From assembly GCF_000092105.1 (NCBI RefSeq), contig NC_014148.1:3390001-3422000 (forward strand): 32,000 bases of DNA, written 5' to 3'. Both the position numbers and the translations under genes were made by a program. How positions within the stretch are numbered: the stretch's first letter is position 1; the number at the start of each line of letters is the position of its first letter. Source of the stretch: Planctopirus limnophila DSM 3776 (GTDB taxonomy: Bacteria; Planctomycetota; Planctomycetia; Planctomycetales; Planctomycetaceae). Below are positions 1 through 8,564 of the stretch, piece by piece. The notes under the pieces were generated by a model. That model saw nothing but the letters and a program-made list of their open reading frames with translations, was not told the origin of the DNA and did no database searches.

Positions 1-429
1 ATCTTCCCAAGGAAGATTCTGCAGAATCGGATGAGATACACTGTTGATCGCTGCTGGAATTGCCAACGTCGGCTGGTCAAAATTGATCCGGTCATCAGCA
101 GATTTGATGTCCACCGGCAAGACTTCAGCCAATAAGGTCTGGTCCCAGTTCCCACCCAGACCATGGTAGCTTTCCCAGCCACCCAGCATCACCAATCCGC
201 AGCCCGCCTTGACCATCGTCACCAGTTGATCGATGGCCTGTGCGGTCATTCGTTCCGCAGGATAATCACTCAGAATGACCAGATCTTGCTTTGCCAGCAG
301 TTCACCAACATCCAGCCCGACATGACTGGGGATATAGTCAAACTCCCATTGCCACGAGGTCATCAGGCCCGCCAGATAACCAGCCGCCGTCTCCAGCGAA
401 GTATCGCCGCAGTAAAGGACTCTGGTCAC
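1..429 (-). CDS. GATase1-like (DUF1355-type, putative glutamine amidotransferase-like) protein. The N-terminal 143 codons are present and the gene runs off the left edge.
   Basis: Not in the supplied track because there is no stop codon inside the window. The reverse-strand frame is open from a GTG (complement of 427-429) to position 1. In-frame TAG TAG lies immediately upstream, and GAGGAG lies 9 nt upstream of the GTG. The translation is VTRVLYCGDTSLETAAGYLAGLM...QDLVILSDYPAERM...MVKAGCGLVMLGGWESYHGLGG...LLAEVLPVDIKSADDRINF. This fits the family pattern as I remember it (YD.vIlSD ... GGGL.M.GG..S ... LPV...DDR). Confidence 0.5.
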   Translation of the reverse strand, partial: MTRVLYCGDTSLETAAGYLAGLMTSWQWEFDYIPSHVGLDVGELLAKQDLVILSDYPAERMTAQAIDQLVTMVKAGCGLVMLGGWESYHGLGGNWDQTLLAEVLPVDIKSADDRINFDQPTLAIPAAINSVSHPILQNLPWED

Positions 430-893
430 TGGCTACTACTCCTCATCTCAACAGGGCCGGCATCGATCATGTGGAAAACTTGACCACAGAAAACTGCACT
501 TCCACCACACTTTTCAAACAGCCCGGAAGTCTAATTCACCAGAGCCGCGCATCGCAACCAAGCAACCGCACAGGGTCTATCAACATGACTTTTCGCACAA
601 TAAATCTTCCAGAGATCACGCCCAGGAAGACGTTTTTCCGACTCTTTGGTTCGTCATTTGTCTTGAGTTCTCGATTCCGGTCAAAATGACCCCAGTTTTC
701 CAAGTGGCCGATATGTTCCACGAAGACAAATCCATGAATTCCGCTGGAGTTCTTCCACCGATCAGCATGATCCCCCAGGAAATTCCAGACCTCAGCACCA
801 TTGAACTACTCAAGTTCAGCAGAACTGGAGTAGAACTGTAACGACAGAATCCAGAGATTCTCCCGGTGGATCTTCTTCGAGTTCGGAGTTGGT

Positions 894-2807
894 ATGTGTG
901 GTGTCGTTGGTTTTTACGCTCCTCAGGCCCCGATGCCGCTCCATGAGGCAGAGCATGTTCTCCGTCAGATGACCAACCGCCTCGAGCATCGCGGCCCGGA
1001 TGACGCCGGTTGCTGGATCGATGCGCAATCAGGCATTGCACTCGGTCAGACTCGACTGGCCATTGTCGATCTTTCACCACTTGGCCACCAACCGATGGAT
1101 TCTGCCAATGGCGAATGGACAATCGTCTTCAATGGAGAAATCTATAACTTTCACACACTCCGCCAGGAACTGGCCTCACTCGGAGTCACCTTCAAAGGCC
1201 ATTCCGATACCGAAGTGCTCGTCGAAGGTTTCAACATCTGGGGGGTTCGCCCCACCATCGAAAAATGCGTCGGTATGTTTGCCATCGCCGCCTGGAACCA
1301 TCGCGAGCGGGAACTCACTCTCGTCCGTGATCGACTGGGAAAAAAGCCCCTCTACTATGGCTGCATCGGTCAAACGTGGTTGTTTGCATCCGAACTCAAA
1401 GCTCTGCACCCTCACCCCCGCTTTGAACCAAGGCTCAACCGAAATGCCATTCCTCTCTACCTGAGGCATAACTACATCCCCGGCCCCTATTCCATCTACG
1501 AACACATCTGGAAACTACAGCCGGGAACCATCCTCACCATCAATGCCCAGGGCCAGTCCACAGGCCCGCAGACTTATTGGAGCATGCGCAAAGATGCCTC
1601 TGCCAAAGGTCTGGCCAATATCTTCCAGGGAACCTTCGACGAAGCCCTCCAGCAACTCGAACAACTGCTCGAGAACGCCATCGCACTGCGCATGATTGCC
1701 GATGTCCCCCTCGGTTCTTTTCTCTCTGGCGGCATCGATTCATCCCTCGTCACCGCTTTGATGCAGAAGGTGTCGTCCAAACCTGTCCGCACTTTCTCGA
1801 TTGGTTTTGAAGACCCAGCCTACGACGAAGCCCCCTTTGCCAAAGCGATCGCCCAGCACTTAAAAACTGATCACATCGAGCATATTGTCTCAGGCCGCGA
1901 AGCCCTGGATGTCATCCCGCTCCTCCCGGAAATGTTCGACGAACCATTTGCCGATTCATCACAAATCCCAACCTACCTCGTCTCAAAGCTCGCCAGACAA
2001 TCAGTGACCGTGGCACTCTCGGGCGATGGTGGTGATGAGTTCTTTTGCGGCTACCGCCGCTATTTCCAAACCCAGCAGATTGCCAGGATGCTGCAGCGAA
2101 TTCCTGGTCCTGCCAGATCGATCGCCTCAATCCTTTGTCAATGGGCTGTACCATTAGCAAAAACGGTTTCGCTTCGATGGCAAAAGAGACTCAACCACGC
2201 CAGCCATTTGTTTTCGCATGCCGAGAGCGACGATCTTTATCTGTCACACATGCAGTATTGGACTGAGCAATCTCCCGGCACCATCGGCATTCCCTGGAGC
2301 GGCACCGAGTTCATGAATCGTGAGACCTGGCTGGCATCACCTCATGCCGAAGAGCGCTGGATGGATCTCGATTCTCGCACCTACCTGCCCGACGACATCC
2401 TCACAAAAGTCGATCGTACCAGTATGGCAGTGGCACTCGAAACCCGGGCCCCGCTCATTGATCATCGCGTCATCGAGTTCGCCTGGACATTACCTCTCGA
2501 CTTCAAGCGTCAAGACAACAACGGCAAGATCCCTCTCAAGCGTATTCTCAACAAATACGTCCCGTCAGAACTTTTCGAACGCCCCAAAAAGGGATTCGGC
2601 GTGCCGATGGAACGCTGGCTCTGTGAGGACCTTCGCGATTGGGCCGAAGACCTGCTCTCAGAACAAAGCCTGAACGCCACCGGTTTCTATAACACTCCTC
2701 TCATCAGGCAGCGCTGGCACGCCCATACCCACGGCCAACCGGTCTGGAATTACCATCTCTGGGGAGTGCTCATGTTGCAGGCCTGGCTGCGAACCTGGCC
2801 ACATTGA
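894..2807 (+). CDS. asnB: asparagine synthase (glutamine-hydrolysing)
   Basis: 637-aa ORF. N-terminal MCGV carries the Cys2 nucleophile of class-II/Ntn amidotransferases. GEIYNF is present, as is the PP-loop SFLSGGIDSS. GGAG lies 5 nt upstream of the ATG at 894. Confidence 0.9.
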   Translation: MCGVVGFYAPQAPMPLHEAEHVLRQMTNRLEHRGPDDAGCWIDAQSGIALGQTRLAIVDLSPLGHQPMDSANGEWTIVFNGEIYNFHTLRQELASLGVTFKGHSDTEVLVEGFNIWGVRPTIEKCVGMFAIAAWNHRERELTLVRDRLGKKPLYYGCIGQTWLFASELKALHPHPRFEPRLNRNAIPLYLRHNYIPGPYSIYEHIWKLQPGTILTINAQGQSTGPQTYWSMRKDASAKGLANIFQGTFDEALQQLEQLLENAIALRMIADVPLGSFLSGGIDSSLVTALMQKVSSKPVRTFSIGFEDPAYDEAPFAKAIAQHLKTDHIEHIVSGREALDVIPLLPEMFDEPFADSSQIPTYLVSKLARQSVTVALSGDGGDEFFCGYRRYFQTQQIARMLQRIPGPARSIASILCQWAVPLAKTVSLRWQKRLNHASHLFSHAESDDLYLSHMQYWTEQSPGTIGIPWSGTEFMNRETWLASPHAEERWMDLDSRTYLPDDILTKVDRTSMAVALETRAPLIDHRVIEFAWTLPLDFKRQDNNGKIPLKRILNKYVPSELFERPKKGFGVPMERWLCEDLRDWAEDLLSEQSLNATGFYNTPLIRQRWHAHTHGQPVWNYHLWGVLMLQAWLRTWPH

Positions 2808-2843
2808 ACGGGATTCGATTTTAGACTGCGAAATCAGCCCGCA

Positions 2844-3473
2844 TTACGTCGAGGCGTATCGATGACGCATCCGCTCGAGAGCGCGGGAAAGAATCGGCCC
2901 AATCGAGTTCAGCGGAATCCCCACTTCACGGCTGATCTCCTGGTAGCTGCTTCCCTCCATGTGGTACTTACGCACCACGTCGGCATCCCGGGCCGGCAGC
3001 CCACTCAGGATCTTCTCAATGACTTCCTGATGCTCAATCCGTCGGACTTCGGTTGGTGCCACCGGCTCGATGGCATCGGTATTCTGCCCAGAATTCACAT
3101 GATTTGAACGCACATGCCCGAATGCTTCAGACATTCGGCGTTTGATCATTTCTCGCACCACGACCCGGCGGGCCACCACGACCAGATAAGCCGCTAAAGA
3201 AGCCTTTCCTCGAAACCGCTTCAGTACCGCAAAATCATTCTCAGTGATCGCGATCAGCACATCTGAGCAGAGATCCTCCACATCAGAGTTTTGCAGCGGA
3301 ATACTTCGGGCCTGGGCCGAATGATGAATCACATGGGCAAACAGTGGCAAAAAACGGTCAACAAACTCCCTCCACGCGCCGGCTTCCCGGCGGAGGCAGC
3401 GATTGATCAGATCTCGATCAGTGTCCGTAAGTGCCACGATTCTGCCCTGCCAATCACGAAAAGTTACGGACAC
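2844..3473 (-). CDS. RNA polymerase sigma factor, sigma-70 family (ECF-like)
   Basis: 209-aa ORF. A sigma-2-like region reads DVEDLCSDVLIAITENDFAVLKRFRGKASLAAYLVVVARRVV. A sigma-4 HTH region reads RDADVVRKYHMEGSSYQEISREVGIPLNSIGPILSRALERMR. The track start is a GTG, so the exact start is uncertain; an in-frame GTG lies 12 codons downstream. Confidence 0.8.
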   Translation of the reverse strand: MSVTFRDWQGRIVALTDTDRDLINRCLRREAGAWREFVDRFLPLFAHVIHHSAQARSIPLQNSDVEDLCSDVLIAITENDFAVLKRFRGKASLAAYLVVVARRVVVREMIKRRMSEAFGHVRSNHVNSGQNTDAIEPVAPTEVRRIEHQEVIEKILSGLPARDADVVRKYHMEGSSYQEISREVGIPLNSIGPILSRALERMRHRYAST

Positions 3474-4050
3474 CCATACTTAAGCTGCCAGTACACTCTT
3501 CGTTTGCGACTCGCTCACTGGTTCCATCCCCTCATGAATTGGTCACATACCTGTAACCAACAAAATTCAGAATTTTTTTCCTGATCCTCAACACGCCACC
3601 ACCGGTGGCTCGTCACCACATGAACATACAGCCAGTTTTGTAGCTTTCACGTGGTTGTCGGATTGTTTCTGATACGAATTACCAGACGAGGGAGATCAAT
3701 CTGTCAGTAAATCTTTTCGACAGATTCACACACCTCTATCCAAAGTTATATGGCAATGACCCAACTCTGGCAAGAAATATGTTCATGCGAACATATCGAA
3801 CCCAAAAACCAGAGTCATTGTCTGAAGGAAAAACATCTCAGTTTCGGGAGTTGATTTCTTTCACCTGACCGGGACGTCCTTGACGATTATTTGGGTGGCA
3901 ACTAACATCGTCTGACAACCTGAATAACTCTGCAATGTGTTGTCAGCAGATAAGTTATGCGAGACTCACACTCTGCGGTAAACATTTTCCCGGTAATCAC
4001 TTTCTCCGCGGAATGAATCGACTCTTTCCGCTTAATTGCAAAGGGATCTT

Positions 4051-4335
4051 ATGACTCACGTTGTGGCGGAACCCTGCTTCAACTGCAAATACACCGATTG
4101 TGTTGTTGTTTGCCCCGTCGAATGTTTCAAAGAGGGCGAATCGATGCTCTTCATTCACCCCGAAGAGTGCATCGACTGCGAAGCCTGTGTCCCAGAGTGC
4201 CCCCCGCAGGCCATCTTTCACGAAGACAATCTTCCCGCTCAATGGGCCGACTATTTGAAGCTCAACGCCGAAATGTCGGAACAGTGCCCTCCAATCACTG
4301 AAAAGAAAGAACCTCTCGGCCCACCAATCGGCTGA
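4051..4335 (+). CDS. fdxA: 7Fe ferredoxin ([3Fe-4S][4Fe-4S], FdxA type)
   Basis: The translation is [60 protein letters not shown]...ITEKKEP. It is nearly collinear with Azotobacter-type ferredoxin I, with Cys pattern CxxCxxxxCxxxCP ... CxxCxxCxxxCP. I prefer the ATG at 4051 (AAGGGA 5 nt upstream) over the track's TTG at 4036. Confidence 0.9.
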   Translation: MTHVVAEPCFNCKYTDCVVVCPVECFKEGESMLFIHPEECIDCEACVPECPPQAIFHEDNLPAQWADYLKLNAEMSEQCPPITEKKEPLGPPIG

Positions 4336-4419
4336 TACCAATCCTCTGGATGGCAGACCAGTCTGGCATCCCGGATTCGGCTGATGCCCCGATCAAACGA
4401 AATTTCTGGTGATACTCCA

Positions 4420-4446
4420 CCCCGGTTCACGTGACCGGGGTTTTTT
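4420..4446 (+). terminator. Rho-independent terminator downstream of fdxA
   Basis: Stem CCCCGGT (4420-4426), loop TCACGTG, stem ACCGGGG (4434-4440), followed by TTTTTT (4441-4446). Confidence 0.75.
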
Positions 4447-4603
4447 GTTTTCAGCGATCAAATCCTCGCCACCTTCGACTGGACGGAAAAACTCTTTTGG
4501 TTTACACACCTGCCCCGGCAAGCAAACCTTGGTCTCATCTCGTCATCAGGATGGAATTCCTGCAGACAGACTCAGGCAGAAGCTCGACCAGCAGGATTGG
4601 CAC

Positions 4604-5440
4604 ATGACTGCCGCAAACTCCGCTCAGGCGATTTCGACCAATCACAGTTCCACAGTTCCAATTTATTCTCGTCTCCTTGGTAACTTGTGGCGATCTCCCG
4701 GCCGGTTCTTCCGCTCAGCCAGTCGCTGGTTCTCCGGTGCCTACGAATGGGAAAGCCGGGCTGCTTACGATCTTGCCCAGTGGTTTCCCCCTCAGGATCA
4801 GGCGATTCTGAGCAGCATTTGTGGAACAGGACATCGCACAATCGACCGCATGACGGCCTGGCTTGCTGCCCAGGCACCACCCACAGGTTGCCTCGTTGAT
4901 ATCGGCTCTCAGGGAACATACTCCGCTGCCTGGATGGCCATGGGTGCCATGCGACATCCCTCACCCCTCACCGTCGTTTCGATTGGAGAAGAAATCGATC
5001 GTGTCTGGCAGGTCTTTGCCCGTCAGGCCGAATCCGCACACCTGCGATCGATTGTCGATCAGACTTTCAGTGATGTCTATTCACCTGTCGTTGCGCCACT
5101 CAGCAACTCGTTATCCTCTCCCTCACCAATCCCTGTTTCCAGAATTCTTGATCGATTAAGGCTGCAGAACATTCACCCACTGGCAGCCTGCTCCAGCTTT
5201 CGCGATCCCATTTCGATGCTCTCCATTCACTCATCGCGGAGCAGTCATGAATTGATGACCTTGCTGCATAAATTTGTGCCGCATGTCGCCCCGTCCGGCT
5301 GGATCGCCTGGACTGGCATCCAGGGCAAACGTGGTTTACGTCGGCAGGCAATCATTCATCAGGAAATGGCGGCTCACAAAGACTGCACCCACGTCATCAC
5401 CATTCGCTCACTCATCCTCTACCGTCGTCAGGCCAACTGA
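4604..5440 (+). CDS. hypothetical protein, possibly a class-I SAM-methyltransferase-like fold
   Basis: The track ORF starts at 4409, but that start lies inside the fdxA terminator. The first plausible start is the ATG at 4604, with AGGA 7 nt upstream. The segment GCLVDIGSQGTYSAAWMAMG...LTVVSIGEE loosely resembles motif I of Methyltransf_24-type enzymes. That assignment is weak. Confidence 0.45.
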   Translation: MTAANSAQAISTNHSSTVPIYSRLLGNLWRSPGRFFRSASRWFSGAYEWESRAAYDLAQWFPPQDQAILSSICGTGHRTIDRMTAWLAAQAPPTGCLVDIGSQGTYSAAWMAMGAMRHPSPLTVVSIGEEIDRVWQVFARQAESAHLRSIVDQTFSDVYSPVVAPLSNSLSSPSPIPVSRILDRLRLQNIHPLAACSSFRDPISMLSIHSSRSSHELMTLLHKFVPHVAPSGWIAWTGIQGKRGLRRQAIIHQEMAAHKDCTHVITIRSLILYRRQAN

Positions 5441-5646
5441 CCTTCCCTATCGTTCCAACTTTCACTGCTTTGAAGCTATTCTCGATTCAAAGCGCTCTCT
5501 CCGGCACACCCGAAAATCTTTTCGGTAACGGCCAGACACCATTCATCTTGAGGCAATACGCCACTTTCGCTACACCTCGCCTGCAGTCACCGGCCATTTC
5601 TGCCGGTTTCCGTGTCGACCACTCGACATTTGAGGCAGGATGCCCT

Positions 5647-7386
5647 ATGCAGAATTCTTCTCCCACAGCGTCATGCGTTTCGCCAGGCAATGGAATCAGG
5701 CCTTCCCATTTCCTTTGTCTGACTTTTTTAATCGCGACCCTCTCCCTGTGTGCTTCCTCACAGAGCATTGCCGCTGACAGAACCTTCCCTTACATCGCCA
5801 CCATCGATGTGGATGCCGAACCCGTGCGCAGTGGCCCCGGCCCGCGGTATGACGTCACGACTGATCTGCCCCGCGGTTCTCAAGTGACCGTCCATCGACA
5901 CGATCCCGGTGGCTGGGTCATGATTGCCCCACCTGCAGGGAGCTTCAGTTGGATTGCCGCTGAAGATATCGAACTGGATCCTGCCGATGCCGCACGTCTC
6001 AACGACGCTCAACCTGTCTCAGGAAAAGTCTCGGCCCGCACCGCTCTGGTGTATGTGGGGAGCGAACTGAATCTTTCCCGGCAAGTCGTCCAGCGTCGTC
6101 TGACCACAGGTGACAACGTCCAGATTCTGGGAGAGGCCATGCTCCCCGCCGGCAATCGTGCTCTGCGGTACTTCAAAATCTCTCCACCGACGCACGAATA
6201 CCGCTGGATTACTGCCCGCGCACTTCGACCCGAAACCGATCGACCGATATCACAGGGAAGTCCATCTGGCCCGTCTTCCAGCACCATGGCGAGTGCCTCC
6301 AACATGACGGGCACTTCCTCGACAACGGCAGCCACATCAGCCAATCCCTTTTCACTGGAAATTCCGCCATTATCGAGTGAGATGTCATCAACAGAGGCCA
6401 GCGATTCTGTGCCGCTGGCATCCACCAGCACCAGCCGCGAAGAGTCTGCAGCCCCACCAGCGTTTCCTGTCGCTTCGGCTGTAGAACCTGCCCCTCTTCC
6501 AGAAATTTCCCGAGCAGAAGTCACTCCCCGCACTCGTCGAGAACACCTCAGCCAGATCGACCAGCAGCTCCGGACAATGGTGACACAAACTCCGGATCGC
6601 TGGGATCTCACCAGGATCGAACAGCAGTACCGGCAACTCGCTGCCGATACGACAGACGAAACATTCCAGTATGTTGTCGATCAGCGAATTCACAGTCTCT
6701 CTCGATATCAGAAGATCTACAGCGACTATCAGGACTTCGATCGCATTTTCCGTGAGGCACGCGAGAAAGACGCTGCCCTTCAGGCACAAGCGGCTGTCAA
6801 TCGGGCAGCACTCCAACAAGCTCCGAACACAGCTCAACTCCGCAATGCTCCACCAGGAACTGCTTACCCTCGGCCCATCGCACAACAACCGCCCCGGCAG
6901 TTGGCTGCTTCCGCTCCTCACCTTGCGCCCTCAAACTCAATGGTGCCTCCCGGCAGCGCCATTCAACCCGTGAATCATCAGGTTCCTGCAAATTCACAAG
7001 CCACAGGTCCTCAAGCGACCAGTGCCATCACCCCGGCAAATGCTCAGAACATGACGGCTTCAGTCCCGATCCGAGCCACAGCCAGGCCCGCCTCCCAGGG
7101 AGCTTCCATTCCCAATTTTGATGGAGCAGGTGTCCTCAAGAAAGTTCAGCCACGCCCCATCGACTTTCCTCCACTCGCAATTACCACGACCGATGGCAAA
7201 CTCCTCGCCTACGTCGAAGCTTCCGATGAACTCATGATTCAACTCGCGGATCAGATTGGTAAGCCGGTTGGTCTCAAAGGAGTTCGAGCCTTTGAAGATC
7301 GATTCTCGACCGATGTGATCAAGGCTCAGTCGTGGCAGCCTGTCATTCTGCAGAATGCCCCGCTCGCAGGCTCTCCGAGGCGCTAA
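5647..7386 (+). CDS. secreted protein with tandem SH3b-like domains, a long low-complexity region, a coiled coil and a C-terminal globular domain
   Basis: The ATG at 5647 follows GAGGCAGGA. A signal-peptide-like segment reads HFLCLTFLIATLSLCASSQSIAADR. An SH3b-like segment reads ATIDVDAEPVRSGPGPRYDVTTDLPRGSQVTVHRHDPGGWVMIAPP, and a second copy reads SARTALVYVGSEL...GDNVQILGEA...YFKISPP. An S/T/A/P-rich stretch follows. A heptad-like region reads QIDQQLRTMV...IEQQYRQLAADT...REAREKDAALQAQAA. A P/Q/A-rich stretch and a C-terminal domain of about 90 aa complete the protein. Confidence 0.6.
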   Translation: MQNSSPTASCVSPGNGIRPSHFLCLTFLIATLSLCASSQSIAADRTFPYIATIDVDAEPVRSGPGPRYDVTTDLPRGSQVTVHRHDPGGWVMIAPPAGSFSWIAAEDIELDPADAARLNDAQPVSGKVSARTALVYVGSELNLSRQVVQRRLTTGDNVQILGEAMLPAGNRALRYFKISPPTHEYRWITARALRPETDRPISQGSPSGPSSSTMASASNMTGTSSTTAATSANPFSLEIPPLSSEMSSTEASDSVPLASTSTSREESAAPPAFPVASAVEPAPLPEISRAEVTPRTRREHLSQIDQQLRTMVTQTPDRWDLTRIEQQYRQLAADTTDETFQYVVDQRIHSLSRYQKIYSDYQDFDRIFREAREKDAALQAQAAVNRAALQQAPNTAQLRNAPPGTAYPRPIAQQPPRQLAASAPHLAPSNSMVPPGSAIQPVNHQVPANSQATGPQATSAITPANAQNMTASVPIRATARPASQGASIPNFDGAGVLKKVQPRPIDFPPLAITTTDGKLLAYVEASDELMIQLADQIGKPVGLKGVRAFEDRFSTDVIKAQSWQPVILQNAPLAGSPRR

Positions 7387-7444
7387 CAAACGCAAGTCGC
7401 CAATCGGTTTCCGTCAACCTCTGATATCGTTCGCAAAGTGAATC

Positions 7445-8491
7445 ATGCTCCACAGGTTACGGCAGTGGCTCAGTCCCGACCTCGCGATTGATCTCGGCAG
7501 TGCGAACACACGCATTGCCCTGTTCAATCAAGGGATCGTGCTCGACGAACCCACAGTCGTCGCTCTTCAGAACGGCTCTCGAAAAATTCTTGGGCGCGGT
7601 GCCGCCGTGGGAAAACTGGCCCGGCAGATGCTTGGCCGAACTCCCGATTCGATCTCGGCAGTTCGACCCATTCGTCATGGTGTCATCACTGATTTCGAAC
7701 TCTGCGAAGCCATGCTGCGGCACTTCGTCCAAAAAGCGGCCAAACAATCACCCGGGTTTCGACCTCGTGTCCTCGTCTCTGTTCCGCAATCGATCACATC
7801 GGTCGAACGTCGAGCTGTTTTTGGGACTGCCGAACGCGCTGGTGCCGGTTCGATCTATCTCCTCGAATCCGCGAAAGCCACAGCCATTGGTGCCGGAATG
7901 CCGATTTCCGAACCCTTGGCGAGCCTGGTCTGCAATATCGGAGCCGGCACCACGGAAGTCGCCATCTTCAGCCTGGGAGAGACCGTGGCTTCCTGCTCGA
8001 CTCGTATTGCCGGTGATACTTTCGACGACGCGATTGTCGATTGGATGAAGCAGCGTTTTGGCCTGAAAATCGGCCGTCAGACAGCAGAAAATCTCAAACG
8101 CGAAGTGGGCTCAGCCTCTCTCCAGACCAGTGAAAGAGCGACCGAAGTCAATGGCCTCGATGCGATGAGCAGCGTGCCGCGTAAAGTCCTCGTGACCACA
8201 GGTGAGGTTCGCCAGGCCATCATGGCCCCACTGGCGAAGATCCTTTCCGGGATTCGACAGGTCCTCGAACAATGCCAGCCAGAACTTGTGGCCGACCTCG
8301 CCGATACCGGCATGGTGCTCGCTGGTGGCAGTGCCCTGCTTCCCGGATTAGACGACTTCTTCAGCGAGCAACTGGCCATCCCCGTTCTGATTGCTGAAGA
8401 TCCTGAACAAACCGTCGTTCGTGGTCTGTCCATCTGCAGCGAACATCTTAACGAATGGCAATCGTCACTGTTCAGCATTCACAACAGTTAA
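7445..8491 (+). CDS. mreB: rod shape-determining actin-like protein MreB
   Basis: 348 aa and collinear with E. coli MreB. Matching segments: DLAIDLGSANTRI, GIVLDEPTVVA, QMLGRTPDSISAVRPIRHGVITDF, RVLVSVP...SVERRA, IGAGTTEVAI, RIAGDTFDDAI, GMVLAGGSALLPGLD, AEDPEQTVVRG. Confidence 0.93.
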   Translation: MLHRLRQWLSPDLAIDLGSANTRIALFNQGIVLDEPTVVALQNGSRKILGRGAAVGKLARQMLGRTPDSISAVRPIRHGVITDFELCEAMLRHFVQKAAKQSPGFRPRVLVSVPQSITSVERRAVFGTAERAGAGSIYLLESAKATAIGAGMPISEPLASLVCNIGAGTTEVAIFSLGETVASCSTRIAGDTFDDAIVDWMKQRFGLKIGRQTAENLKREVGSASLQTSERATEVNGLDAMSSVPRKVLVTTGEVRQAIMAPLAKILSGIRQVLEQCQPELVADLADTGMVLAGGSALLPGLDDFFSEQLAIPVLIAEDPEQTVVRGLSICSEHLNEWQSSLFSIHNS

Positions 8492-8564
8492 TCGACAGGG
8501 GCTGCTCTTTACGACTCCACGCCTCTCGAAAAACTGACTGTCAGCAATCTCGTTTCAAGGCCTA

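Noticed and set aside
616-1122. 168-aa minus-strand ORF overlapping the asnB start
   Set aside because: It overlaps 230 bp of asnB, whose MCG N-terminus and SD fix its start. The translation is Arg/Ser/Gly-rich with no recognisable domain.
4409-4603. Upstream part of the track ORF 4409-5440
   Set aside because: The proposed start lies within the fdxA rho-independent terminator hairpin and T-tract (4420-4446). The first plausible start with an SD is 4604.
6009-6921. 200-aa and 177-aa minus-strand ORFs
   Set aside because: Both are antisense to the SH3b/coiled-coil gene. Low-complexity coding sequence generates long open antisense frames.
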